Assembly: GCA_049840735.1 (NCBI GenBank)
Contig: JASGJN010000020.1
Span: forward strand, 384,001-448,000
Direction of reading: 5' to 3'
Origin: Anaeromyxobacter sp.
Lineage (GTDB): Bacteria; Myxococcota; Myxococcia; Myxococcales; Anaeromyxobacteraceae
Length of the DNA stretch: 64,000 bases
In this document: positions 26,472 to 36,310 of the stretch, piece after piece
How the letters are laid out: every line of letters starts with the position of its first letter
How positions within the stretch are numbered: position 1 is the first letter of the stretch
The notes under the pieces: generated by a model
Database searches by the model: none
What the model was told of the DNA's origin: nothing
The model's input: only the letters and a program-made list of their open reading frames with translations
Program-made: the position numbers and the translations under genes

Positions 26472-27869
26472 TCAGCCCCGGTAGGCCTTGAGCCGCTTGG
26501 AGAGCGCCGACTGCGAGACGCCCACCAGCCGCGCCGCCAGCGTCTGGTTCCCGCCGGCCCGCTCCATGGCCTCCTCCACCAGCAGCCGCAGGGCACCGTC
26601 GAAGGACGGCAGCCGCTCCAGCCCGGTGAACGGGTTCCCCTCGGAGGCCGGCCCATCGGCGGCGACCTGCCGGCCGATGGCCTCGGCGAAGACCTCCATC
26701 GAGAGCACCCGCCCCTGGTGGACGCGGACCGCCTCGAACACCATGTCGCGCAGCTCGTCCACGTTGCCCGGCCAGTCGTGGGTGGCGAGCAGCTGCACCA
26801 GCTGGCGCGGCGGCGTGGGCCGCTTCTTGCCCAGCGTCCGCGCCGCCTCGTCCAGCAGCCGCTCCAGCAGCAGCGGCAGGTCTGCCTTGCGCTCGCGCAG
26901 CGGCGGGACGCGGACGCGGTGGGTGCGCAGCCGGTAGAGCAGGTCGCGGCGGAGCAGCCCGGCGCGCTCGCGGGCCGCCAGGTCCTTGCGCGAGGCGGCC
27001 ACCAGGCGGACCTTGGCGCGGCGGGGCCGCTCGGAGCCGAGCGGCGTGTACTCGCCGTCCTGCAGGAAGCGCAGCAGCCGCAGCTGCGACGGCGCCGGCA
27101 GGTCGCCGATCTCGTCGAGGAAGAGCGTGCCGTCCGCCGCCTCCTCGACCTTGCCGCGCACCGGCGGCTCGCCGGCCGGGCCGCGAGCGCGGCCGTAGAG
27201 CAGCGCGTCCGCCGCCGCCTCGTCCAGCCCGCCCAGCGGCGCCTGCACCAGCGGGCCGGCCAGGCCGGAGAGGGCGTGCGCCGCCCGCGCGATGAGCGCC
27301 TTGCCAACGCCGCGCTCGCCGGTGACGAGCAGCGGCTGGGGGCTCCCGGCCACCGCCTCCACGTACGCGAAGAGGGTGAGCATGGTCCGGTCCTGCGTGG
27401 CCAGCTCGGCGAACGCCTCCGGCCGGTGCAGCTCGCCGGTGAGCAGCCGCGTGCTCACCTCCAGGCTCTCGCGCTGCAGCCGCTGCAGCTGGACGGCGCG
27501 CAGGACCGCCGCCACCAGCCGGTCCTCCTCCTCGGTCTTGACGTGGTAGTCGTAGGCGCCCAGGCGCATGCAGCGGACGGCGGCCTCGACCTGGTTCATC
27601 CCCGAGACCACGATCACCGAGACGCCGGGGTGCTCGGCGGTGATGCGCGCCAGCAGCTCCTCGCCGGTGACCCGGGGCATGTTCAGGTCGAGCAGGACGA
27701 TGCCCACGTCGTTGCCCTGGAGCAGCTCCATGGCCCGGGCCGGGTCCTCACAGGTCAGCACGTGGGTGATGCCGGCGGCCCGCTCCAGCGCCAGCTGCGA
27801 CGCGCGCAGCCAGGCGGGCTCGTCGTCCACCAGCAGCACCGCGAAGGATGGGTTGAGCTGCGCCGTCAC
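26472..27869 (-). CDS. NtrC-like response regulator (REC-AAA+-Fis HTH) lacking GAFTGA
   Basis: [53 protein letters not shown]. Confidence 0.9.
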   Translation of the reverse strand: MTAQLNPSFAVLLVDDEPAWLRASQLALERAAGITHVLTCEDPARAMELLQGNDVGIVLLDLNMPRVTGEELLARITAEHPGVSVIVVSGMNQVEAAVRCMRLGAYDYHVKTEEEDRLVAAVLRAVQLQRLQRESLEVSTRLLTGELHRPEAFAELATQDRTMLTLFAYVEAVAGSPQPLLVTGERGVGKALIARAAHALSGLAGPLVQAPLGGLDEAAADALLYGRARGPAGEPPVRGKVEEAADGTLFLDEIGDLPAPSQLRLLRFLQDGEYTPLGSERPRRAKVRLVAASRKDLAARERAGLLRRDLLYRLRTHRVRVPPLRERKADLPLLLERLLDEAARTLGKKRPTPPRQLVQLLATHDWPGNVDELRDMVFEAVRVHQGRVLSMEVFAEAIGRQVAADGPASEGNPFTGLERLPSFDGALRLLVEEAMERAGGNQTLAARLVGVSQSALSKRLKAYRG

Positions 27870-29605
27870 TTGCCCTCCTCGCCCGCCGGCAGCGCCAGCG
27901 TGGCGGTGGTCCCCTGCCCCGGCGCCGAGCGGAACTCCAGCCGGCCGCGGTGCTCCTGGATGATGCCGCCCGACACCGAGAGACCCAGCCCGGTGCCGCC
28001 CTCGGCGCGGCGGGTGGTGAAGAACGGCTCGAGCAGCCGGGGCAGGTGCTCGGCCGGGATGCCGATCCCCTCGTCCACCACCTCCAGCACCACCTCGCCC
28101 CGCTCGACCTCGTGGCGGGTGGCCAGGGTGATGGCGCGCTCCGGGTCGGGCAGCGCCTGGCAGGCGTTCACCAGGAGGTTCAGCACCACCTGCTCCAGCC
28201 GGCGGGGGTCGCCCTGCACCGGCGGCAAGAGCTCGGCCAGCTGGACCTTCAGGTTCCGGGTGGCGCGCCGCAGCTCGGCGTCCGCCAGGCGCACCGCGGC
28301 CCGGGCCACCTCGTTCAGGTCCAGCAGCTGTTGGCGCGGGGTGTCCTCGCGGCGGGCGAAGTCCTTGAGGTCGTCCACGATGTGCTTGATGCGCCGGCCG
28401 CAGTCCTGGATCTCCTCCACCAGCCGCGGCAGCTCGGCCCGCATCCGCTCGTAGGGCAGTCCACCCAGGGTGAACGGGCCCTCCGCCGCCGCCTTCTCGT
28501 CCAGCAGCGCGAGGGCGTCCTGGACCGCGGCCCGGAGCGGCGCCGCGTGCATGAGGATGATGCCGGTGGGGTTGTTCACCTCGTGGGCCACCCCGGACAC
28601 CAGCACCCCCAGCGCCGCCATCTTGTCGGCCTGCACCAGCTGCTGCTGCCGGATCTCCGCCGCCTCCAGGGCCAGCCGCTTCTCCGCCACCTCGCGGGCC
28701 AGCGAGGCGGTGCGCTGCGCCACCTGCCGCCGCAGCGCCCCGGTCCAGCCCAGGATGGCGGCCAGCACCGCCAGCAGCGGCAGCAGCACCGCGAGCCCGA
28801 CCTCGGCCACGGTCCGCCAGGGCAGCCCGGCTGGCTCCATCACCCCCAGCCAGCGCTCCTCGATGGCGTCGTAGCGGCCGGTGCGCTTGAGGATGGCCAG
28901 CCCCTCCTGCAGGCGGGCCAGGAGCGCGTCGTCGCCCCTGCGCACGGCGTAGCCGTACTTCTCCGACACGATGCGCGGCGCCACCGGCTCGACCAGCCCG
29001 TCCAGCCGCCGCTCCCGCAGGATGTACATGCCGGGCAGCAGCGCCAGCGCGACGTAGTCGCCCTCCCCCGCCGCCAGCCGGCCCAGCGCCTCGGCCGCGG
29101 TGGCGGTCCGGATCACCTCGGCGGCCCGGCCGTCCCGGGTGACGAGCTCGTCCATGAAGCCGTTGCGGAAGACCAGCACCCGCTTGCCGGCCACCGCCTC
29201 CAGCCCGGGCGCCGGCGGCGTGCCCTTCCGGGCGAAGAGCGCGTGCTGCACCACCGTGGTCGGGGGCGTGAACTCCATCGCCTCGGCCCGCTGCGCCGAC
29301 CAGGTGATCCCCTCCAGCGCGTCCACCTCGCCCCGCTCCAGCGCGCCGCGGACCTCCGCCCAGGACCCGAAGCGGAACTCGACCTGCATCCCCATCACCT
29401 CGGCCACGGCGCGGGTCAGGTCCACGTTGAAGCCGGCCGGCCGCCCGGAGGCGTCGAGGAACTCGTAGGGCGGGTAGTCGCGCTGCGCGCCGATCACCAC
29501 GCGGTCGCGCGCCGCCGACGCGTCGGCGACCGCGGACCGCGGCCCCGCCAGCGCGGCCAGCAGCAGCGCGAGGAAGGTGGAGGTGGGACAGCCCCGGGCC
29601 GACAT
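27866..29605 (-). CDS. Sensor histidine kinase with periplasmic solute-binding (family 3) domain; start uncertain
   Basis: DYPPYEF...GFNVDL binding domain, TM, GVAHEVNNP, NLLVNA, DEGIGI, GTGLGL; overlaps the regulator start. Confidence 0.9.
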   Translation of the reverse strand: MSARGCPTSTFLALLLAALAGPRSAVADASAARDRVVIGAQRDYPPYEFLDASGRPAGFNVDLTRAVAEVMGMQVEFRFGSWAEVRGALERGEVDALEGITWSAQRAEAMEFTPPTTVVQHALFARKGTPPAPGLEAVAGKRVLVFRNGFMDELVTRDGRAAEVIRTATAAEALGRLAAGEGDYVALALLPGMYILRERRLDGLVEPVAPRIVSEKYGYAVRRGDDALLARLQEGLAILKRTGRYDAIEERWLGVMEPAGLPWRTVAEVGLAVLLPLLAVLAAILGWTGALRRQVAQRTASLAREVAEKRLALEAAEIRQQQLVQADKMAALGVLVSGVAHEVNNPTGIILMHAAPLRAAVQDALALLDEKAAAEGPFTLGGLPYERMRAELPRLVEEIQDCGRRIKHIVDDLKDFARREDTPRQQLLDLNEVARAAVRLADAELRRATRNLKVQLAELLPPVQGDPRRLEQVVLNLLVNACQALPDPERAITLATRHEVERGEVVLEVVDEGIGIPAEHLPRLLEPFFTTRRAEGGTGLGLSVSGGIIQEHRGRLEFRSAPGQGTTATLALPAGEEGK

Positions 29606-29654
29606 CGGGCCGAACGTACCGGACAGGGTCCGGGCCGACAAGGCCGCGGCGCGG

Positions 29655-30806
29655 TTACAGGCTGGGCGCCACGAAGCCGCGGGCCGGCTTGCCGAACAGG
29701 TAGCCCTGGAACAGGTCGCACCCGAGGGCGCAGAGCGTGTCGCGCTCCGCGGGCAGCTCGATGCCCTCGGAGATGACCTGGATGCCCAGCTCCTCGGCGA
29801 GCCGCACCACCGAGCGGATCACGCTCTGCTTGAGCGGGCTCTGGTCCACGCCGCGCACCAGCGACATGTCCAGCTTGACCACGTCCGGCTCGATGCGGGC
29901 GAAGGAGGAGAGGCCGGCGTAGCCGGCGCCCAGGTCGTCCACGGCCAGCCTGTAGCCCAGCGCGCGCAGCCGCTCGACGCGGGCGTGGATGTCCGAGACC
30001 TCCTCCAGCGCCGTCCGCTCGGTGATCTCCAGCACCACGCGCGAGGCGTGGCGCGAGAGCGGCGCGGCCGGATCCATCAGGTCCGGATCCTCGAGATCGC
30101 GGGCGTGCAGGTTCACGAACAGCAGCGCCCCCTGGGGCGCGGCGGCGGCCTGCGACGCCACGCGGGCGCGGATGGCGCGGCCCAGATCGGCCAGGCGGCC
30201 CAGCCGCTCGGCGGCGGAGATGATGAGGTCCGGGCGCCCCATGGCGCCGTCGGAGCGGACCAGCGCCTCGTAGCCGAAGAGGCCGCGGCGGCCCCAGGTG
30301 ACGATGGGCTGGAAGCCCATCCACAGCCCGGCCAGCGCGTCGTCGAACTTCTCGGCGAGCTGGATCTCCTCGTCGCTGGGGCGGAGCGTGGGAACCGGGG
30401 TGGGCGCAGGTGCGGCCTGCCCTTCCCGCCGCAGGCGCGCCTTCTCGCCCTGCTCGGCCGCGCCGCGCACGGTCTCGCGCAGCGCCTCGATGTCCACGGG
30501 CTTGGTCAGGTAGCGGTAGGCGCCGTACTCGACGGCCCGCACGGCGGTCTCGAGCGCGGGGCCGCCCGTCACCAGCACCACCGGCACGTCCAGCGAGAGC
30601 TCGCGCAGCGCGCGCAGGAACTCGATGCCGGAGAGGCGCGGCATGTTGATGTCGGACACCACGGCGTCGAAGCCGCCGCGCCGCACCTTCTCGAGCGCCT
30701 CCATTCCGTCGGAGGCGGTGTCGAGCGAGAGGCCCGAGGTGCGGAGCACCTTGGTGTACGCCAACCGCACGATGGGATCGTCTTCGACGAGGAGTACCTG
30801 GCTCAC
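29655..30806 (-). CDS. Response regulator with EAL domain (c-di-GMP phosphodiesterase)
   Basis: REC (LLVEDD, SDINMP, KP); YEALVR, FVNL, LEITE, DDLGAGY, KLD, EGIE, QGYLF. Confidence 0.92.
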   Translation of the reverse strand: MSQVLLVEDDPIVRLAYTKVLRTSGLSLDTASDGMEALEKVRRGGFDAVVSDINMPRLSGIEFLRALRELSLDVPVVLVTGGPALETAVRAVEYGAYRYLTKPVDIEALRETVRGAAEQGEKARLRREGQAAPAPTPVPTLRPSDEEIQLAEKFDDALAGLWMGFQPIVTWGRRGLFGYEALVRSDGAMGRPDLIISAAERLGRLADLGRAIRARVASQAAAAPQGALLFVNLHARDLEDPDLMDPAAPLSRHASRVVLEITERTALEEVSDIHARVERLRALGYRLAVDDLGAGYAGLSSFARIEPDVVKLDMSLVRGVDQSPLKQSVIRSVVRLAEELGIQVISEGIELPAERDTLCALGCDLFQGYLFGKPARGFVAPSL

Positions 30807-30828
30807 AGTGTCACCCGGGGGTGGCCAG

Positions 30829-30844
30829 AGCAGGCGCCGTGCCA
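30829..30844 (-). promoter_or_regulatory. Candidate sigma-54 promoter
   Basis: Minus strand TGGCACGGCGCCTGCT (GG-N10-GC) just upstream of the EAL regulator start. Confidence 0.65.
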
Positions 30845-30943
30845 GCAGCAGCCAGTGACTGAGCGTCCGGATTTCGCGGACCTGGGCCGAGGGGCTCCCT
30901 CCGGCGGTGGGCACCCCGGGTGCCCCTGACTGCACCCTCCTCC

Positions 30944-30967
30944 CCAGTCGGGTGAACGCCCGACTGG
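30944..30967. terminator. Hairpin downstream of ccsA, possible terminator
   Basis: CCAGTCGGG-TGAACG-CCCGACTGG; no U-tract. Confidence 0.35.
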
Positions 30968-31029
30968 AGAGTAGAGTGGTCCTATCTCACGCGAGGTGGG
31001 TTTCGGCCGACCCCGGATGAGACATCCGC

Positions 31030-32859
31030 CTACCTCGGCTCCGGCGCGGCCGAGGCGGGATTGGCCGGCCGAGCCTGGCCCGCCCCCTCCGCCGGGCTCA
31101 GGACCGGCACCAGGAGCGTCAACGCGATCAGCACAAGCTGCGAGCCGATGAAGGACGTCAGCGCCCAGAAGCCGCTGTCGGTGAAGCCGTAGGAGTGGAG
31201 CCCCACGCCCAGCATGTTCACGCCGAACCAGGACAGGCTGGTGATGATGTTCCCGCCGATGGCCATGGCCATGATCCCGCGATCCCGGGCGAACCCGCCC
31301 CAGCGGGCGTGCAGGATGATGGCGTTCCACAGCACGATCAGCAGCGCCCCGTTCTCCTTGGGATCCCAGCCCCAGAACCGGCCCCAGGACTGGTCGGCCC
31401 AGATCCCGCCCAGCACCGTGCCGACGAAGCTGAACAGGAGCGCGAAGCAGATCACGCCGTAGGTGGCGGCGGCGAGCTGCCTGAGCACGGCGACGTCCCG
31501 GCCGCGGTCCACGTAGCGGAAGACGGTCCAGGCGATGGCCAGCGCGCCCGCCAGGAAGGTGCCGGCGTAGCCGATGGTGATGGTGGTGACGTGGGTGCCG
31601 AGCCAGAAGTTGGAGTCCAGCACCGCCCGCATCATCTCCATGGTGTCGCCGGCGCGGGCCAGGTGGTGGGCGATGAGGAGCGTGGCGAACCCGACCACCG
31701 ACGCCACCACCGTGCCCAGGCCGTTGCGGTAGATCCGCTCCAGCACCACACCCACCAGCACCGCGGCCCACCCCACGAAGACCGCCGAGGAGTAGAGGTT
31801 CGTCACCGGCGCGTACCCCTGCAGCAGCACGCGCGAGGCGAGCCCGGCGGTGTGGACCACCGCGCCCGCGGCCAGGAAGGCGAAGGCCAGCGAGCGGAAG
31901 AGCTCCGGCCTGACCAGCCAGGAGCAGGCCAGCGCCAGGAAGGCCAGCACGTACAGCGTCATGCCGCCCAGGAACGGCTGCGCGCGGTTGAAGACGATCT
32001 CGTTGTCGCCGTGCCGGACCGCCTCCGGCGCCCGGGCCGTCTCCAGGCCGCGCAGCTCGGTCACCGCCGCGTTGAAGGCGCCCGCCTCCTGCACCCGCCA
32101 GGCCGCGCCCAGGCGGCCCCAGGGCGCCAGCACGGGATCGACCTGCCCGGCGCCGGCGGCGCCCAGCGCGTCACCGCTGGTGAACCAGGCGGCGGGCGGC
32201 GCCCCCGGGGCCGGGGGGATGAGCTGGAAGTAGGCCAGCTGGGAGAGCAGCTGCAGGCGCGGCCGCCCCGCGGGGGAGGAGGCCGAGGCCAGCTCCGCCT
32301 CCAGGCCCGGCGAGCCCTCCGGCAGGACGCTGTTCTTGAGGCGGTGGTAGAGCAGCAGCCGCTCGTACAGGTTGGCGGCGGCGCTCTCGAAGCGGGTGCG
32401 CTCCTGGGCGTTCTTGTGCTGCGCCTTCTGCCCCTGCTCCTCGAGCTGCTCGAGGTGCGGGCGGAGGTCCTCGAAGGTGTAGTAGCGGCTCTTCGCCAGC
32501 TCCTTGCCCATCAGCCCCAGCACCTCGGGGTCGTCGATGACGAAGATGGGCTGCCGGTCGGCGCGATCGGGCCGGAAGAAGACGTCGAGGATCCAGGCGT
32601 CGGGGCCGATGGAGCGCGCCTCGCGCGGCCCCTCCGGCCCGTCCTCGTCGAAGCGGAACGTCTGCTGGCTGCGGATCATGAGCAGCGCGTTGCGCGCCAC
32701 CGTGTCCACCGGCTTGACGCGCCCGCCCTGCTGCACCGGCAGGTGCCCGAAGGCCTCCACGTCGAAGCCGTCCACGGGGCGCGCCGGGCGCGCCGCGTAC
32801 GCGACGGCGCCCAGCGACACCACCGCCACCGCCCAGGGCGCGAGCTTGGTCAGGTTCAC
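31030..32859 (-). CDS. ccsA: Cytochrome c biogenesis protein CcsA/ResC (System II)
   Basis: WWD motif GGIWADQSWGRFWGWDPKEN, GVNMLGVGLHSYG, LDSNFWLGTHV, many TM helices. Confidence 0.93.
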   Translation of the reverse strand: MNLTKLAPWAVAVVSLGAVAYAARPARPVDGFDVEAFGHLPVQQGGRVKPVDTVARNALLMIRSQQTFRFDEDGPEGPREARSIGPDAWILDVFFRPDRADRQPIFVIDDPEVLGLMGKELAKSRYYTFEDLRPHLEQLEEQGQKAQHKNAQERTRFESAAANLYERLLLYHRLKNSVLPEGSPGLEAELASASSPAGRPRLQLLSQLAYFQLIPPAPGAPPAAWFTSGDALGAAGAGQVDPVLAPWGRLGAAWRVQEAGAFNAAVTELRGLETARAPEAVRHGDNEIVFNRAQPFLGGMTLYVLAFLALACSWLVRPELFRSLAFAFLAAGAVVHTAGLASRVLLQGYAPVTNLYSSAVFVGWAAVLVGVVLERIYRNGLGTVVASVVGFATLLIAHHLARAGDTMEMMRAVLDSNFWLGTHVTTITIGYAGTFLAGALAIAWTVFRYVDRGRDVAVLRQLAAATYGVICFALLFSFVGTVLGGIWADQSWGRFWGWDPKENGALLIVLWNAIILHARWGGFARDRGIMAMAIGGNIITSLSWFGVNMLGVGLHSYGFTDSGFWALTSFIGSQLVLIALTLLVPVLSPAEGAGQARPANPASAAPEPR

Positions 32860-32861
32860 GG

Positions 32862-34067
32862 TCAGGCCTCCAGCGCAGGGGTCGAGGAAGTGGGCGCGGC
32901 CGCCGGGGCGGCGCGGCCGGCGCCCTGGCGGCGCAGGGCCCGCCGGAGCGAGATGCCGAAGTGGACCAGCAGCCCGAGCGTCACCAGCACGCAGGAGACG
33001 TAGGGCAGGAGCCAGCCCGGGTTCTCCACCACCTGCAGGATGGAGAGCGTGTCGCCCTTGCCGAAGGAGGCCTGGTAGAAGGCCTTCCCGGCGTAGCGGA
33101 GCGGCTGGTTCATGTAGATGAGCACGTCGCGGGACTCGCCGGAGCCGGGGTTCTGCAGGTGGACCAGCGAGGAGAAGTTCTTGGGGGTGTCGGTGCCGGG
33201 GTAGACGTCGTGCTTGAAGTCGCGCAGCGTCATGGTGAAGGGCAGGTACTCGCGCTGCGACCGGAGCGTCAGCTGGTAGGTGTGCCCCTCGTGGACGAAG
33301 GACTGGGGCGCGCCCAGCGCGTTCGAGACCAGCCAGGTGCCGTAGCTGCGCCCGTCCGCGACCGGCTCCACCAGCGCCGCCGAGTCGTTCATCCGGTCGT
33401 CGGTGGTGACCGGGGGCGCCTCCTCGATGGCGAGCTGCGTCCCCACGCCGGCGGTGGCCGCCGGGGTCAGGCCCGGCTGGAGGTTGAAGAGGCTCGCGTT
33501 CTGGTACCAGCGGTGGACGCGCAGCGTGAGGGGCGTGCCCGGGATGGCCACGTCGCCCTCGCGGGAGAGCGTCCGCTCCGGCACCCCGTACACGTCGTCC
33601 AGGGCCGGATCGGTCGAGTCGATCAGCGCCAGCTCCACCTTGCGCGGGCTCTCCACGAAGTTGGTGGTCTGCCCCTCCTCGAAGATCAGCTGGTGCTCCT
33701 CCTGGAACATGCCGGTCACGAACTCGCCCGCCACCAGCAGGATCAGGCCGGCGTGGACGATCCAGATGCCGGCCTTCTTCGCGGAGAGCTCCAGCCGGCG
33801 CAGCTGGGCCGAGATCAGGTTCAGGCCCAGGACCAGGCCGGCCAGCGCGCCGCCCGGGAAGATGGGCAGCGAGACCACCGTCCCCGGCAGCTCCCACCAG
33901 ACCAGCCAGCTGCGCATGTAGCGCTCCACCGAGGCCCAGGTGCCGAGGTGGACCTGCGCCAGCGTGCAGGCCACCACCAGCGCCATCAGGGCGGCCAGGC
34001 AGACGATGGTCAGCTTGAGCGAGGTGAGCGCGTCCCAGAGGCGCGAGACGATGGTCTTCTCACTCAT
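32862..34067 (-). CDS. resB: Cytochrome c biogenesis protein ResB/CcsB-like
   Basis: LTSLKLTI, GIWIVHAGLILL, YPGT..PKNFSS, IYMNQPLRYAG..FYQASF. Confidence 0.9.
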   Translation of the reverse strand: MSEKTIVSRLWDALTSLKLTIVCLAALMALVVACTLAQVHLGTWASVERYMRSWLVWWELPGTVVSLPIFPGGALAGLVLGLNLISAQLRRLELSAKKAGIWIVHAGLILLVAGEFVTGMFQEEHQLIFEEGQTTNFVESPRKVELALIDSTDPALDDVYGVPERTLSREGDVAIPGTPLTLRVHRWYQNASLFNLQPGLTPAATAGVGTQLAIEEAPPVTTDDRMNDSAALVEPVADGRSYGTWLVSNALGAPQSFVHEGHTYQLTLRSQREYLPFTMTLRDFKHDVYPGTDTPKNFSSLVHLQNPGSGESRDVLIYMNQPLRYAGKAFYQASFGKGDTLSILQVVENPGWLLPYVSCVLVTLGLLVHFGISLRRALRRQGAGRAAPAAAPTSSTPALEA

Positions 34068-34696
34068 GGCGAAGGCTCCCGAGCAGCTCGAGGAAGGCGG
34101 GGCGCGCGGCGGCCACCGGCCCCTCCTCCCCGCTCAGCTTGATGAACCAGCTCTGCCCGTCCACCAGGGCGAACCCAGCCACGGTGCGGCTGCGCTGCTG
34201 CCCCTCGGAGGTGAAGTCGTAGAGCGTGACCGGCCCCGCGCCGGACTTCACCGTGCGCCGCAGCGGGGCCAGCCCGGCCTCGTCGAGCGGCGGCAGCCCG
34301 ATTCTGGTTCCGCCAGCGGTTCACGTTGGCCAGCTCGCCGCCGGCCGCGCCGGAGAGCACCACCACCGAGACGTCCACCTTCCCCGGCACCGCCGGCTTC
34401 AGGGTGGCGAAGCGCATGCCGCCCCCGCCGCGCGCCTCGGTCCAGCCCTGCGGCAGGGACCAGCGCAGGCCGCCCTCGACCGGCGGCGGCGGTGGGACGT
34501 CGCCCTGCATCCCGGGCGGCGCGCCGGTCATGGCGGCCGGCATGGCCAGGGGCTGCGCCCGCTCCCGCGGGACGCGGAAGTGCGTGACGCCGTCGCGGTC
34601 GCAGCCGGCCAGCATCGACGCGGCCAGCAGCGCAGCCAGCGCTGCGGCGGAGGGGAAGGCGCGGGCCGGGTCGGGCCGCTTCGCTGCCAGGTTCAT
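34060..34696 (-). CDS. Lipoprotein heading the resB-ccsA operon, apparent frameshift at 34300-34304
   Basis: Lipobox LAGC; WSLPQGW...MRFAT...GGELANVNRWRNQ-IGLPP...WFIKLSG; stop overlaps the resB start. Confidence 0.75.
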
Positions 34697-34847
34697 CGAG
34701 CTCCTCGGGTGTGACGCACGGAGGCTGGGAACGGGAAGGCGGGGGTCCTCGACGGCTTTCGAGACTATGAATCGATAGCCGATTCCTGACAGCTCACCGC
34801 AGCCCCTTCCGGTTCGCCCCATCGGGCCCCGCAAGTATGCCCCGCAC

Positions 34848-34861
34848 CTGATTTTGATCAA
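34848..34861. promoter_or_regulatory. Candidate FNR/CRP-family binding site
   Basis: CTGAT-TTTG-ATCAA, 9/10 to TTGAT-N4-ATCAA, in an AT-richer intergenic region upstream of the cytochrome c maturation operon. Confidence 0.6.
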
Positions 34862-35028
34862 CCCACAGGTGGGGATATTCATGCCCCGGGAATGCGCCGA
34901 CGGGGCTCAACCCACTGCGATCATTGGAATCGAGCGCGCAGCCGCTCGGCGGCAAGCCCCAAGAGGCGCCACACGGATGAGAGATTTCTCAGCGATTTCC
35001 GGTGCTTGGACTACGCGGTGACACCGCG

Positions 35029-36198
35029 CTACTCCACCAGCAGCGTCCCGTCCCCCGCCAGCAGCGCGGCGCCGCGGGCGACGGCGGTCTGCGGATCCTC
35101 CTCCACCACGCAGGGGCGGGCGAAGGCCTGCGCCACGCCGGTGCGCACCTGCGGCACGTAGGTGGTGCCGCCGATGAGCAGCACCGCCCCCAGCTGCGCC
35201 GCATCGGTGAGGCCGGCCTCGGACACGGTCTGCGCCGCCGCGGCGATGGAGCGGTCCACCAGCTCGGCCCAGTGCGGGGCCAGGTGCTCGCGCCGGACCA
35301 GGTAGTCGAGGTGCTGGGTGCGGCCGCCCATGGTGAAGGCGTCGCGGACCTGCAGCCGCGCCTCGAGCGAGGCCGAGAGCGCGCGCTTGGCCAGCTCGCA
35401 CTGGCGCTGGATGCGATCCCAGACCACCGCGTCGCGGGTCACGTCGATGCCGTGCAGCCGGTAGATGCCGCTCGCCATCCAGCGCGCGAAGGCGCCGTCG
35501 AAGTCGTCGCCGCCCAGGCAGTCGTCGCCGCCGGCCGAGAGGACCCGCAGCCGCGGGCCGTCGCGCTGCACCACCGAGGCGTCGAGCGTGCCGCCGCCGA
35601 AGTCGTAGACCAGCACCGGCGCCGGTCCCACCCCGGGGCCGCCGAACCCGCGCGCGACCGCGCCGGCGCTGGGCTCCGAGACGATCCGGATCACCTCCAG
35701 CCCGGCCATCCTGCCGCATCGGACCATGGCGTCGCGGACCGCCTGGTTGGCCTTCACCGGGACGGTCATGACCGCCTTGCCGATGCGCCGCCCGAAGCGC
35801 AGCTCCGCGCGCTCCCGCAGGTAGCGCAGGATGAGCGAGGCCACCTCGGTGGCCGTGTACTCGCCGGTGCGGACCACCACCGCGGCCTCGGGGTGGCCGG
35901 GCTGGGACTTGATGCGGAAGGCCGCAGCGGCGTCCAGCAGGCGCGCCGCGGGGGAGTCCGCGCCGCGGCCCAGGATGCGCTTGATGCCCTGCACGGTGTT
36001 CTGGGGATCGGCGGAGCGCTGGCGCACCGCGTCCGACCCGACGAGCGGCGGACCGCTCTTCGGGAAGTGCACGACGCTGGGGATCGACGCCTCGCCCCGC
36101 CCGTCGAGGGCGAAGTGGATCCGGCCATCGATCACGGCCGCGGCGGTCGAATAGGTGGTCCCGAGGTCGATGCCGAGGACCAGCTCCTGGGAAGTCAA
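35029..36198 (-). CDS. Hsp70-family protein, ATPase domain only
   Basis: GIDLGTTYS, SIPSVV, SEPSAGA, YDFGGGTLD, LGGDDFD, LIGGTTYVP, PQTAVARGAA then stop; TTG start after AAGGAG. Confidence 0.88.
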   Translation of the reverse strand: MTSQELVLGIDLGTTYSTAAAVIDGRIHFALDGRGEASIPSVVHFPKSGPPLVGSDAVRQRSADPQNTVQGIKRILGRGADSPAARLLDAAAAFRIKSQPGHPEAAVVVRTGEYTATEVASLILRYLRERAELRFGRRIGKAVMTVPVKANQAVRDAMVRCGRMAGLEVIRIVSEPSAGAVARGFGGPGVGPAPVLVYDFGGGTLDASVVQRDGPRLRVLSAGGDDCLGGDDFDGAFARWMASGIYRLHGIDVTRDAVVWDRIQRQCELAKRALSASLEARLQVRDAFTMGGRTQHLDYLVRREHLAPHWAELVDRSIAAAAQTVSEAGLTDAAQLGAVLLIGGTTYVPQVRTGVAQAFARPCVVEEDPQTAVARGAALLAGDGTLLVE

Positions 36199-36310
36199 CG
36201 CCACTCCTTGCCGCTCTCCGGGGGGGCGCCTCCCGCGATTTCTCGCCGCGCCCGCTGCATGAAACGCGCGGATCCAGTATCTCTGTTCCCTTGCCCAACG
36301 GGAAGACCGC

